From Candidatus Bathyarchaeota archaeon (GTDB lineage: Archaea > Thermoproteota > Bathyarchaeia > 40CM-2-53-6), in assembly GCA_963845275.1 (NCBI GenBank), contig CAWJRR010000008.1:3129-67128 (forward strand): DNA of 64,000 bases, read 5' to 3'. Positions within the stretch are counted from its first letter, which is position 1. Every line of letters begins with the position of its first letter. Below the pieces are notes generated by a model, which was given only the letters and a program-made list of their open reading frames with translations, had not been told where the DNA came from and made no database searches. Shown piece by piece: positions 9,186 through 18,396 of the stretch. The position numbers were made by a program, and so were the translations under genes.

Positions 9186-9857
9186 ATGAGCAGACGAATG
9201 AGCTTGACTGTTGGCTTGTTCGCAGTTTTAGTTCTACTAGCGAGTTGGTTCACCGTTCCAGCCTTCGCGACCTTCTGCCAGATCAGTAGTATATCGTACA
9301 ATTATCCTCGGCAGGTCTTGCCGAGCCAGAGTTTCACCACGACAGTTACTGTGAGCGGTGTTTGTGCTCCTGACGACGCTAACTACTACTCGGTCAGAAC
9401 TGATTTGAACGACATTTCAGGCCTCGTCCTATCGGCCGTATCCGTCCCGATCGGATTCAGCCAGGGCCAGAACTGGACAGTCAACGCAGAGAACCAACTT
9501 ACTGCACCAACCAGTTCCGCCCCATGGCAGATTCAGTTCGCCGTGTACATTTTCGCTGCCGTCGGCAGCGGAGGGACGCTAGATTCAGCAACATTCAAAC
9601 CAGTAACCATACAAGTGGGAACAACACAACCAGCTCAAACTACCACGTCAATCAACCTCACCACAACTCAGACAGAAGCCCCTCCCGTCATGATCTCATC
9701 AACCGCACTAACGTCGAGCACAGCCCTGAACCAAACCACCGAAACCGCACAACCGTTTCTTGATGTCTACAGAGGGGTGGCTGCAGTTCTGGTTCTCATT
9801 CTTCTGGTAATGGTGGTAGTTCTCGTTAAGCAGAGGCAGAACAGGCGTGGCGCATGA
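9186..9857 (+). CDS. Secreted Thr-rich protein with C-terminal TM helix and basic tail
   Basis: 223-aa ORF with a signal peptide (LFAVLVLLASWFTVPAFA), a Thr/Ser-rich linker, and C-terminus GVAAVLVLILLVMVVVLVKQRQNRRGA. Confidence 0.55.
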   Translation: MSRRMSLTVGLFAVLVLLASWFTVPAFATFCQISSISYNYPRQVLPSQSFTTTVTVSGVCAPDDANYYSVRTDLNDISGLVLSAVSVPIGFSQGQNWTVNAENQLTAPTSSAPWQIQFAVYIFAAVGSGGTLDSATFKPVTIQVGTTQPAQTTTSINLTTTQTEAPPVMISSTALTSSTALNQTTETAQPFLDVYRGVAAVLVLILLVMVVVLVKQRQNRRGA

Positions 9858-9964
9858 ACCTCAACCCACTGTTCAAAGCTCGTTCATTTTGTGACGAGCT
9901 TAAGGGGAGTGCAGGAATTTTCGATAGGTTTTTGTTCTCATAAATCGTATTTTCTTCGGTTTCC

Positions 9965-11044
9965 ATGCGAAATTATCTGTTTCTGCAAGCCGCGTTAATC
10001 GTGCTTGTGTTGGGCGGAGGGTTCTGTTTTGCATTATCAACGGTTAGCCTAGTGTATGCATATCCGTACAGTTGGTGGGGATCCAGCTGGGGCTGTCCCT
10101 ACTCGTATTATTACTCATGGTTTTGCCCCTACTATAGTTACTATTACCCTTACTACTATGGATATTATTCGAACCCATATTCGTATGGTTACTCATATTA
10201 CACGCAGCCCACTCAAGTTCAATTATCGGTGAACGTTAACCCGTCGAGTCTACAAAGCGCTGTCACTGTCACTGGGGCAGGATCCTATAACCAAGGAGGC
10301 TCAGCTACTTTTTCAACCTCCCAGAACGTCATTCAGGTTTCTCAGAACACAAGATACGTTTTCTCGAATTGGGCAGGCGACTACTCCGGCCAAGGCTTGA
10401 ATGGTACAGTAACCATGAATTCCGCCAAGGCAGTCACTGCCGTTTACCAAATACAATACTACCTCACAGTCAACTCGCCATCGAACGTCCCATCAATTCT
10501 GGGAAGCGGATGGTACAATGCAAATGATTCAGCTACGCTCACCGTGCCGTCCCAAATCGTGGGAGATACAGAGAGCAGACTCGTGTTCAACGGCTGGAAC
10601 GTTGATGGGACTAATGGTCCGACAAGCTCTACACTGACCGTTCGGATGAGCGCTCCTCACACCGTCACGGCACAATACAAACAGCAGTACTACCTAACTG
10701 TCACGAGCGATCAAGGCCCCACGTCCGGAACAGGATGGTATGATGCCGGCGCTCAAGCTCAGATCTCAGCCTCCACACCTCCAAGTCCAGCCTACGGAAT
10801 CAGTATGTTCTTCAACGGTTGGAACGGCACCGTGAATTCGCCATCAAACCAATCGACAACCGTCCTCATGGACGGACCTAAATCAGTGACCGCGACCTGG
10901 CGAGCTGACGCGACCGTCCTCTACGCAACCATAGCAGCAGTCATAGCGGTGATCGCAGTTGCAACATACCTCATGGTAACGCGCCGGAAACAAACAACAA
11001 ACAATGTGGCAGACACCCCAGGTCCCCGCGCCGGCAAAAGTTGA
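9965..11044 (+). CDS. Secreted protein with a Tyr-rich low-complexity segment, four YYLTV-type repeat domains and a C-terminal TM anchor
   Basis: 359-aa ORF. A signal peptide is followed by YPYSWWGSSWGCPYSYYYSWFCPYYSYYYPYYYGYYSNPYSYGYSYY. About 65-aa repeats then end in (A)VTAVYQIQYYLTV / VTAQYKQQYYLTV, resembling the divergent InlB B-repeat type. The C-terminus carries a TM helix plus RRK. Confidence 0.6.
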   Translation: MRNYLFLQAALIVLVLGGGFCFALSTVSLVYAYPYSWWGSSWGCPYSYYYSWFCPYYSYYYPYYYGYYSNPYSYGYSYYTQPTQVQLSVNVNPSSLQSAVTVTGAGSYNQGGSATFSTSQNVIQVSQNTRYVFSNWAGDYSGQGLNGTVTMNSAKAVTAVYQIQYYLTVNSPSNVPSILGSGWYNANDSATLTVPSQIVGDTESRLVFNGWNVDGTNGPTSSTLTVRMSAPHTVTAQYKQQYYLTVTSDQGPTSGTGWYDAGAQAQISASTPPSPAYGISMFFNGWNGTVNSPSNQSTTVLMDGPKSVTATWRADATVLYATIAAVIAVIAVATYLMVTRRKQTTNNVADTPGPRAGKS

Positions 11045-11390
11045 AGAACCCGAGAGAGAATCGGGTTAGGGTGATACAGTCCAGCGCATCCCTTCGCCAG
11101 ATTAAGCTTCAGGACTGGCCTCGCCAAGTAGCCTCTTGCAGATATACGAGGCTACATACGTGCGTTGTTACTTGTTTATGCGGAATCAAAGTCCTAGAAG
11201 CAACTGGAGTAGGCTGACATACTCCGTGACGTGTTGTGGTATGCAATTGTCGCAAGGCACATTCACAGCAGTGGTAGCGGGAACCATCATGCTCTGCGTT
11301 ACAGTGCTCGTCTGTGTCACGGCTACTTGAACGGTTGATGTGCCCGTTTGAGACAAATTATCGCTGAACACGTTAGCGTACGTTACCGTG

Positions 11391-11951
11391 CTACCGTCTG
11401 CCTTGGTTAAAGTCACAGTCGATAGGTACCCGTTCGATTGTTTGCGTATCCTGCACTTTCACCACGTTATCACTCGGATTGATCGTGACCGTTGTTGTGT
11501 ACATGTTGTAATTCGGCCAGCCGGAGTATCCGCAACGTATGTACCCATAGGGCCCGCGAAAACAACCTGTACTGTAGTACGGCGCGTAGTAACTGTAGTA
11601 CTGATTCTGAACGTAGAGGAGCGTTCCAGTGTACACTTGAACATTCTGCTGACTCATAGTCGAGTAAGCCTGGAGGGAAGTTTGGTATGACGTTGACTGA
11701 TAGAGTTCTGTGGTCATAGTTTGACCGCTAACGTAAACTATCTTATCCCTAGGGAAGACTGGCACCAATAGGACCAGTATAATTACGCCTATTGCGATTA
11801 TAACCCGTTTATCGACCCCACCAACTTTGCCACCCGTACTGCGTGTGACGGATGAAAGCCCCTTCGTTGATGCGCCACACTTCGGGCAGAATTCAGCATC
11901 AGGTTCCAGTTTCCTTCCACACGATTTACAGAACGATTCCGACTCGGACAT
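11391..11951 (-). CDS. Zinc-ribbon membrane-anchored protein with a Tyr-rich ectodomain; possibly continues into 11186-11416 after a frame change
   Basis: 186-aa ORF. It begins with a zinc-ribbon motif (CKSCGRKLEPDAEFCPKCG), followed by a TM helix (IIAIGVIILVLLVPVF). The adjacent overlapping ORF 11186-11416 is on the same strand. Confidence 0.5.
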   Translation of the reverse strand: MSESESFCKSCGRKLEPDAEFCPKCGASTKGLSSVTRSTGGKVGGVDKRVIIAIGVIILVLLVPVFPRDKIVYVSGQTMTTELYQSTSYQTSLQAYSTMSQQNVQVYTGTLLYVQNQYYSYYAPYYSTGCFRGPYGYIRCGYSGWPNYNMYTTTVTINPSDNVVKVQDTQTIERVPIDCDFNQGRR

Positions 11952-12020
11952 TCTTAGATCAAGATTGCTTTCAGACAGCTTCGTATTTAAGTAGAGCGCA
12001 TTGCGACGCGTCTCGATGTT

Positions 12021-12866
12021 TCATGTTGACTTTTTCTCTTCTTCTACCTCTGCGTGATACTTCTTCTTGATCTCTGCGATATTCACGATCGGTGATGGAA
12101 ACTTCATGTTGAGTGATTCGAGTGTGTTCACAAGGATTCGTGATACGACTAGGTTACGGAACCATTTGTGATTGGCCGGGATGATGTACCATGGTGCATA
12201 GTCAGTGTTGCATTTGCTGATGGCGTCTTCGTAGGCTCTTTCGTACTCTTGCCAGTATCCACGTTCTGCGTAATCTGATTCACTGATCTTCCAGCGTCGG
12301 TTCGAGTCGTCCAGGCGCTGTTTGAATCTGGCGAGTTGTTCCTCCTTGTCGATGTGTAGATAGAACTTGAGGATACGTGTACCGTTGTCGAATAATTGCC
12401 TCTCGAAGGCAATAATCTCATCATATCGTCTGGACCAGACTTCCTTGGGAACTAGATTATGCACTCGCACCGCGAGCACGTCCTCGTAATGTGATCGATT
12501 GAATACTGACACGTAACCCTTCCGAGGTGTCGCTTGATGAATGCGCCAGAGATAATCATGTGCCAGTTCCTCGGCTGAGGGAGTTTTGAAGGCGTAGACT
12601 CGACATCCCTGCGGGTTCATCGCGGTTAGAACATGGTCGATTGTACCGTCCTTACCCGCGGCATCCATTCCCTGCAGTATGATGAGGAGCGACCGCTTGT
12701 TCTCTGCGTACATTAGATATTGTAGATCATGCAGTCGTACCGCATCTTTTTCGAGCTCAGCCTGAGCCGAATCTTTGTCTTCGTGTTCTCCTTTATAGCC
12801 GGCGTCGATTTCATCCAGTTTTACTTTACTGTTCGAATCAACCTTGAATTTCTTAGCATAATCCAT
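12021..12866 (-). CDS. ppk2: Polyphosphate kinase 2 family protein
   Basis: 281-aa ORF. LIILQGMDAAGKDGTI (Walker A of PPK2), YLWRIHQATPRKG and FNRSHYEDVL are typical of single-domain PPK2. Confidence 0.85.
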   Translation of the reverse strand: MDYAKKFKVDSNSKVKLDEIDAGYKGEHEDKDSAQAELEKDAVRLHDLQYLMYAENKRSLLIILQGMDAAGKDGTIDHVLTAMNPQGCRVYAFKTPSAEELAHDYLWRIHQATPRKGYVSVFNRSHYEDVLAVRVHNLVPKEVWSRRYDEIIAFERQLFDNGTRILKFYLHIDKEEQLARFKQRLDDSNRRWKISESDYAERGYWQEYERAYEDAISKCNTDYAPWYIIPANHKWFRNLVVSRILVNTLESLNMKFPSPIVNIAEIKKKYHAEVEEEKKST

Positions 12867-13030
12867 TCTTGATCTCCTCTTTCATTATTCGAAGAAGTAT
12901 GTTCGTGTTAGCGCATACAAAGACTAATCAATGGTTAAAACTTCATCTCGAATTCCGGTTTATTCTTTGACAACGCTTAATATGCCGGGTTCGATGCAGT
13001 TTCAATTGACCCTAGGATCAGTGATTAAAG

Positions 13031-13294
13031 TTGCCTCGACTTCTAGTCTTCGTAAACATTTTTGTCGAGTCGCCCACTCTGGATGACGTGGTACAAGCTC
13101 TTTCTCAATTGCCTAATGTAGTAGAGCTCTACGAGGTAACTGGGGAATTCGATATTGTTGCGCTTGTGTCAGCGGCGGACATAGAGGAGTTCCGAGACGT
13201 CTTGAAGAATAAGCTTCTGAAGATTAAGGGTGTAAGGAGCACTGTAACCTCTATCGTGACGAACGCACACAAGGCATCTAGAAACCACGCTTAA
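13031..13294 (+). CDS. Stand-alone Lrp/AsnC-type ligand-binding (RAM) domain protein
   Basis: 87-aa ORF. The pattern VFVNI...LDDVVQALSQLPNVVELYEVTGEFDIVALV.....EFRDVL..KL.KIKGV is typical of AsnC_trans_reg domains. Confidence 0.6.
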   Translation: MPRLLVFVNIFVESPTLDDVVQALSQLPNVVELYEVTGEFDIVALVSAADIEEFRDVLKNKLLKIKGVRSTVTSIVTNAHKASRNHA

Positions 13295-13333
13295 GTTGAC
13301 CGCGGAATAGTGCCTCTGACTTCTTTCATCTGT

Positions 13334-14623
13334 CTATGATATCGCCTTTCTCTGTTTAGAATATCTCTCGTATTCTCTTTTCTCAATAATCTGTTTGATG
13401 TGCTGTACGACTTGCCAGATTTCGTGGTATGTATTATATAGTGGTATGGGGGCGACTCTGATTATATTCGGTGGGCGAAAGTCTGGAACAACTCCTCGTG
13501 AGCGAAGTGCTTCGCCGATGCGTAACGCTTCCTCATGTTCAATCGCGACATGGCCGCCTCGCCGTGCCTCCTCTCTTGGCGTTCCGATCGAGCAGTTGAA
13601 CGGGTTCCCGGAGAGGACGACGTCGACCAGAGACGTGAGGTACGACGTCATTTTGAGAGATTTGGCTCTGGTAGCGTCTATTCCTGCCTCCAACAGAATC
13701 TTCAGAGAACCCTCAAGTGGTGCTGCACTGAGAATTGCGGGAGAGGATATCTGCCAGCCTCCTGCAGTCTCAGCATGCTCGAACCTCAAGGGCAGGTCAA
13801 ACTGCTTCTCTTTTACGTAACCAAACCATCCAGCAAGAGCTGGTTCACGGCCGAAGTGCCTCTTGTTCACATAAAGAAAAGCTGTGCTTCCAGGGCCACC
13901 ATTCAGATACTTGTAACCACACCAAAGCGCGAAGTCCACACCCCACTTATCGAAGTAGTGGGGAACTGCTCCGACCGAATGGCAACAGTCGAACCCTATC
14001 AGGATACCCCTGCGGTGTGCTTCCTCAGTGAGATAGCGTAGGTCAAGAAGCTGCCCACTCCGGTAGAGGACTGAGGGAAGGAACACGATCGCAACCTCCT
14101 CGTCCATTAACTTAACAATATCATCCTCGTCCAAGAAACGGCCATTCACGCTCGGTGCAAGAATCAGGTCTCTGTCTGGATTCATTCCTCTAAGCTTCAA
14201 GATGCTTCTCAAAGCATAGATGTCTGAAGGAAAATCAAGCTCGTCCGCGATAATCTTCCTTCGACTACGGTCAGGTGCGTAGAATGTGTTCACAAGCTGG
14301 TGGATGTTGACGGTGGTTGTGCCTGTAAGGATAACTTCGTTAGGCTCTGCACCTACGAGGCTGGAACACATTGCGCCGATCTGTTCCGCAAAATAAAACC
14401 ATGGGCGCTTCCCTTCGAGCCAACCGCCAATACCCAGCGTTCTCCAATCGTTCAACACGCTGCGAACTGAGTCTTCTGAATCTCTGCAAAGAAGACCAAG
14501 CGAGTTTCCGTCCACGTAGATGCTTCCATCAGGAATGTAGAACCTTTCCCGGAATTTCGCCAGCGGGTCTTCCAAATCGAGCTTTCGAGCGAACGTTTCG
14601 TCCGTCGCAATGTCGTCCTTCAT
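13334..14623 (-). CDS. kynU: Kynureninase (PLP-dependent)
   Basis: 429-aa ORF. It has FYIPDGSIYVDGNSLGL, the aminotransferase class V-like core FDCCHSVGAVP and YKYLNGGPGS (Lys for PLP); the length is typical. Confidence 0.8.
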   Translation of the reverse strand: MKDDIATDETFARKLDLEDPLAKFRERFYIPDGSIYVDGNSLGLLCRDSEDSVRSVLNDWRTLGIGGWLEGKRPWFYFAEQIGAMCSSLVGAEPNEVILTGTTTVNIHQLVNTFYAPDRSRRKIIADELDFPSDIYALRSILKLRGMNPDRDLILAPSVNGRFLDEDDIVKLMDEEVAIVFLPSVLYRSGQLLDLRYLTEEAHRRGILIGFDCCHSVGAVPHYFDKWGVDFALWCGYKYLNGGPGSTAFLYVNKRHFGREPALAGWFGYVKEKQFDLPLRFEHAETAGGWQISSPAILSAAPLEGSLKILLEAGIDATRAKSLKMTSYLTSLVDVVLSGNPFNCSIGTPREEARRGGHVAIEHEEALRIGEALRSRGVVPDFRPPNIIRVAPIPLYNTYHEIWQVVQHIKQIIEKREYERYSKQRKAIS

Positions 14624-14720
14624 AATATGGCCACAGGAATGATAATCAAGTCTAGTCTTGAAAGTGTATCCAATCTTGGAGTTTCACCCGTCGTCCAAAA
14701 GTTAGTTTGGATTCTTCCCC

Positions 14721-16334
14721 TTAATGGTGAATCCAAACTTTGAATGTTGCAACACTATTGACTCTATTTCTTTCATTGAGCAAATGGTTCGGGTCAATGG
14801 TTACCTGGAAGACGTGGCTACCAACGGTTGAAAACCACGTGAAGGTGGTTCGGGTTGAAGACCCTGCTCGGACGCTCACCCGGGCATTCCAGTAAGCGGC
14901 ACCGTCAAGAGTGATCTGGACCTGAGCATTAGTTACGTTCTCAGTTCCAAGATTCAATATTTCTACACTAATCGTAGCCATAGTCTTCGGGCTCGTTATG
15001 TTTGCGGGTTCAGAGTAGATACTCGTTATCACTAAGTCGACGTACGGTTCGGTTTGATTCTGGATTTTTGGCGGAGGCTGTTGAACCTTGGCTGTGCCCC
15101 TCTTCACAGTGATTTGATATGGGATTCCAACCTTAGCCGTGATTGTGACGGATAGGCCGTTCTTGGAGTCCGTAAAAGTTTGGTCAAGATTCCACACAGC
15201 ATCCATCAGTTCAGGCGTAGCAGGATGACCATCAATAACGCGCACTTTGCCTACGCTTGCATTATTATCGACATACGTGATCAGAACACCCGCCGCGGGC
15301 AGAGCAGCGTCAAAACCAGTCAGTGACCTTACTTCAACTAAGTAGTACTGACTCGCATTCGCCGGTACCGCGCTGCTACTGAGCGGGATCTCAATCGCAT
15401 GAACATTCCCTGAAGCGATCTCCGTCGGATCGACAGTAAACGTTGACGTCACACCAGGATTGGCGGTTGCAAGCTGTGATCCATTGATGAAGCCGAGTTG
15501 TATCTTATCCCAAGCCGTCATATGAGCTGGGCTTGAGCCTCGCGGGTCGCCGTTCCATGAGCCCTTATCCATCAGCTCCCACGGGCCAAGAATTGTCTGG
15601 CCGTTCTTCGTGTCGTACAAGTCCGGGAGCCCCAAGTCGTGACCGAACTCGAGACAGTAAACACCGGTAGGGACACCCCCGACCTCGAGCTCTGGGACAA
15701 TGCTGAATAACGAAAGTGTTCGTGAAGGCGTTTGTACGTTGACGCCAGACGACATGTAAGTAACCGACCACACCTCCTTCTTCACACCACTGGACTCTTC
15801 CCCGTAGCCAGAGTGAACGAAAATGAAATAATTGTAATTCTTAAAGTCAACCTTGCCCTGTGCCAAGTGAACAGCGTCTTGGGCAATTTGCCATGACCCG
15901 TCCGAGCCGCTGCAGTCCGCGTCATCTGCTGCTTTACAATCCATCCCGTAGTGCGATTCAGGATACGGAAGCCTGTACCAGCCATAAATGTCGCCCTCAA
16001 TAGTCAGCTTGCCATAAGATATTTCATGGTAATACGCTCCCACCGCTCCAAACCAATTGCTCTTCACCTGATCGATACTCAACGTGTAATTGATGTCTGA
16101 GAAGGCTGCAGCAATCACGAGAACCCGTATGACGCCAGACACAGGTCCCAATTGAGGCGAATAACCGATAGCTGGAAGTGGCATCGACGCATTATTCGAC
16201 GAAAACGCACGGGGAGCGAAAGAGGCTATCAGACGATTTCCCTGTCCACCCACGGTCGACGAGAAGCTGGGCGAAGCCGCAAGGAAGAAAAGGAGTACTA
16301 AAAGCGCATATCTTTCTGACATTCCTAGACTCAT
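14721..16334 (-). CDS. Secreted M6 (immune inhibitor A)-like metalloprotease homolog with a C-terminal CARDB-like domain; the zinc motif reads LEFGH
   Basis: 537-aa ORF with a signal peptide. GVYCLEFGHDLGLPDLYD...GPWELMDKGSWNG matches the M6 core, except that the first His of HExxH is Leu (codon CTC, complement of 15651-15653). The C-terminal DLVITSIYSEP...ISVEILNLGTE resembles CARDB. Confidence 0.7.
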   Translation of the reverse strand: MSLGMSERYALLVLLFFLAASPSFSSTVGGQGNRLIASFAPRAFSSNNASMPLPAIGYSPQLGPVSGVIRVLVIAAAFSDINYTLSIDQVKSNWFGAVGAYYHEISYGKLTIEGDIYGWYRLPYPESHYGMDCKAADDADCSGSDGSWQIAQDAVHLAQGKVDFKNYNYFIFVHSGYGEESSGVKKEVWSVTYMSSGVNVQTPSRTLSLFSIVPELEVGGVPTGVYCLEFGHDLGLPDLYDTKNGQTILGPWELMDKGSWNGDPRGSSPAHMTAWDKIQLGFINGSQLATANPGVTSTFTVDPTEIASGNVHAIEIPLSSSAVPANASQYYLVEVRSLTGFDAALPAAGVLITYVDNNASVGKVRVIDGHPATPELMDAVWNLDQTFTDSKNGLSVTITAKVGIPYQITVKRGTAKVQQPPPKIQNQTEPYVDLVITSIYSEPANITSPKTMATISVEILNLGTENVTNAQVQITLDGAAYWNARVSVRAGSSTRTTFTWFSTVGSHVFQVTIDPNHLLNERNRVNSVATFKVWIHH

Positions 16335-16651
16335 TCTTCGTCGACCAAAACCTAGAGCGGAATCTGCTGAATCTCATAAAGTGTTTAGAGACACAACAAA
16401 CCGTACGATTGACATTCAGGAATTAATGGAATTGACAACAGGGGGACAACTTTACTCCTGATTGGAAAGGGGCGGGAGAAAGGCTAGTTAGTGCCACGGT
16501 CAAACGCAGGGTTTGCTGGGGTGAACAGGTATCTCCTATACTTTCGAGAATGAGCCAACTCACAAATCCTGCTGAAATAGCACCGAAAACAGTAAGCGTT
16601 TAAACCGCGATTGGGACTGCACGTGCGCTCTTGAAGGGGATGTTTCGCTAG

Positions 16652-16855
16652 TTGCGCTTAAGTCAAATTCATACCGTTGGATACATTCTAACTGCGTTAG
16701 GAATTGGCGGGATACTTGTCTCCTTTGCCGGAGAACAGTCAGAATACGTTGATCCAGTCATCTTCACGTTTGCGACGGTATCGATCTTTGTGGCAATAGT
16801 TGGCCTAGCCCTCGTCTTTAAGCTACCAGACAAGAAGGACCCCGCTAGTTCGTGA
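16652..16855 (+). CDS. Small two-helix membrane protein (hypothetical)
   Basis: 67-aa ORF with two hydrophobic stretches; no other support. Confidence 0.3.
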   Translation: MRLSQIHTVGYILTALGIGGILVSFAGEQSEYVDPVIFTFATVSIFVAIVGLALVFKLPDKKDPASS

Positions 16856-16911
16856 GGAGCTAGCGAAGGAAAAGTAGAAAACTGAAGGCGCTATGGTATT
16901 GGAGCGCAGTC

Positions 16912-17295
16912 GTGAGGATGCAGATGAACGCTGTAGCTTTTGCCCGTGAGATGCTGAAAGCGGATCCTTCGATTCGGTATGTGGCGGTTGTGACGGACGA
17001 CTATCACATTTTGGCTTCTGAGCAACGTGAAGGAGTGCCTACGCTAACATCAGATGAGATGCAGCGAAACTTCGTTTCAATAGTTCCACAGATAATCATT
17101 GAGTCAGTGAATAAACTTGCAGGTTTTCTAGGGAAAGTTGAAGGCATAACCGCCCACTACGAGAAGGCTCTACTAGTGTTCTACAAATACGGTAACCTGA
17201 TCGTCATGGTAAGCTTCCAACCCGAGGTAGCAACTCCATTCTTCAATCGGATGACAGAAGCGTTTGAGAAGAATAGCGCTCAATACCTCACCTGA
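16912..17295 (+). CDS. Hypothetical protein
   Basis: 127-aa ORF lying in an intergenic-sized gap. No recognisable motif. Confidence 0.4.
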   Translation: MRMQMNAVAFAREMLKADPSIRYVAVVTDDYHILASEQREGVPTLTSDEMQRNFVSIVPQIIIESVNKLAGFLGKVEGITAHYEKALLVFYKYGNLIVMVSFQPEVATPFFNRMTEAFEKNSAQYLT

Positions 17296-17351
17296 AGCAT
17301 TCCTTTAAGCCGAATACTCTAATCACTAAGTCGTTCAAGTCTGCTGAACCA

Positions 17352-17732
17352 TCAGTGTGGCTGGAGCATGTTTACTCTGTTGCCTTCAGTATCAAAAAAC
17401 GAAACAAACCAGCCAACACCGGGTATCTCCATCGGTTCACCCGACAATTTCCCACCCGCTGCTTCAACCTTCTTTATGTGCTCCTTGATGTTATCCACCT
17501 GAATAGCCACAGTGGTAGTTTGGGATACGTCACCAGTCTTCTGGTAAAAACCTCCATTGATCGTGCCGGGTTTCTTTGGAACGTTGTTCTCGGATTCGGT
17601 GGTGGTAACGAGAACGAATTCTCCCATCTCGGGGCCTAGTTGTTGGGTTTGCCAACCAAATACGTTCTCGTAAAAGCGAACCATGCGTTTTCTGTCCTCT
17701 GCGGGCATTTCAAAATGGATTACAGGATTCAT
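17352..17732 (-). CDS. VOC (glyoxalase/bleomycin-resistance) family protein
   Basis: 126-aa ORF. It has the MNPVIHFEMPAEDRKRMVRFYENVFGW pattern and a C-terminal GGKLSGEPMEIPGVGWFVSFFDTEGN. Confidence 0.8.
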   Translation of the reverse strand: MNPVIHFEMPAEDRKRMVRFYENVFGWQTQQLGPEMGEFVLVTTTESENNVPKKPGTINGGFYQKTGDVSQTTTVAIQVDNIKEHIKKVEAAGGKLSGEPMEIPGVGWFVSFFDTEGNRVNMLQPH

Positions 17733-17878
17733 AATCTAACACTAGCCGTCGTCTCGCCTCCATTTCACGTCTTTTGAGCCTTCCCCTCATGTAGCCAATA
17801 CAACAGAAACCGTCATCTACCAGTCCACATTTTTCTGTGGAGCAGGAATTAGAGTAGACTATTGAGGAGCGAACAGAG

Positions 17879-18379
17879 ATGGTGAATATGAAAGACGAGC
17901 ATACGACGGATATCGCTCTTCACAACGCCAGTCAGGACGAATTGCCGAGCATCCTAGCTTTACTTGATGAATGCGAGCTCCCCAATGAAGGGCTTGCCGC
18001 ACATCTTTCTACAACGATTGTTGCGCGAAACGGGAATGAGATCGTCGGATGTTCGGCCTTGGAACTGTACGAGGAATCTGCACTCCTTCGGTCTGTCGCA
18101 GTCAAACCCACATTTCGGAGCCGAGGATTAGGACGACGCCTAATCAAAACCGCATTAGACCTTGCTACGCACCATAAAGTATCCAATGTCTACCTGCTCA
18201 CAGACACTGCGAACCTGTTCTTCTCAAAACTCGGCTTCGAACCTATTTCACGATCTAAAGTGCCACAAAACGTCCAGCGTTCAGTAGAGTTCACGACGCT
18301 ATGCCCCGACACTGCTACGGTCATGACAAAGGTCTTGTTTGATGCAAGCGCACCAAGAATCAAAAAGTTGAACGACTAG
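17879..18379 (+). CDS. GNAT N-acetyltransferase, ArsN2-like
   Basis: 166-aa ORF. It has an acetyl-CoA motif (LRSVAVKPTFRSRGLGRRLI) and a tail typical of ArsN2-type enzymes (SVEFTTLCPDTATVM). Confidence 0.75.
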   Translation: MVNMKDEHTTDIALHNASQDELPSILALLDECELPNEGLAAHLSTTIVARNGNEIVGCSALELYEESALLRSVAVKPTFRSRGLGRRLIKTALDLATHHKVSNVYLLTDTANLFFSKLGFEPISRSKVPQNVQRSVEFTTLCPDTATVMTKVLFDASAPRIKKLND

Positions 18380-18396
18380 AACGACTACTTTCGTTC

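Noticed and set aside
13395-14041. Plus-strand ORFs (13395-13820, 13535-14041, 13735-14031)
   Set aside because: All are antisense to the full-length kynureninase gene.
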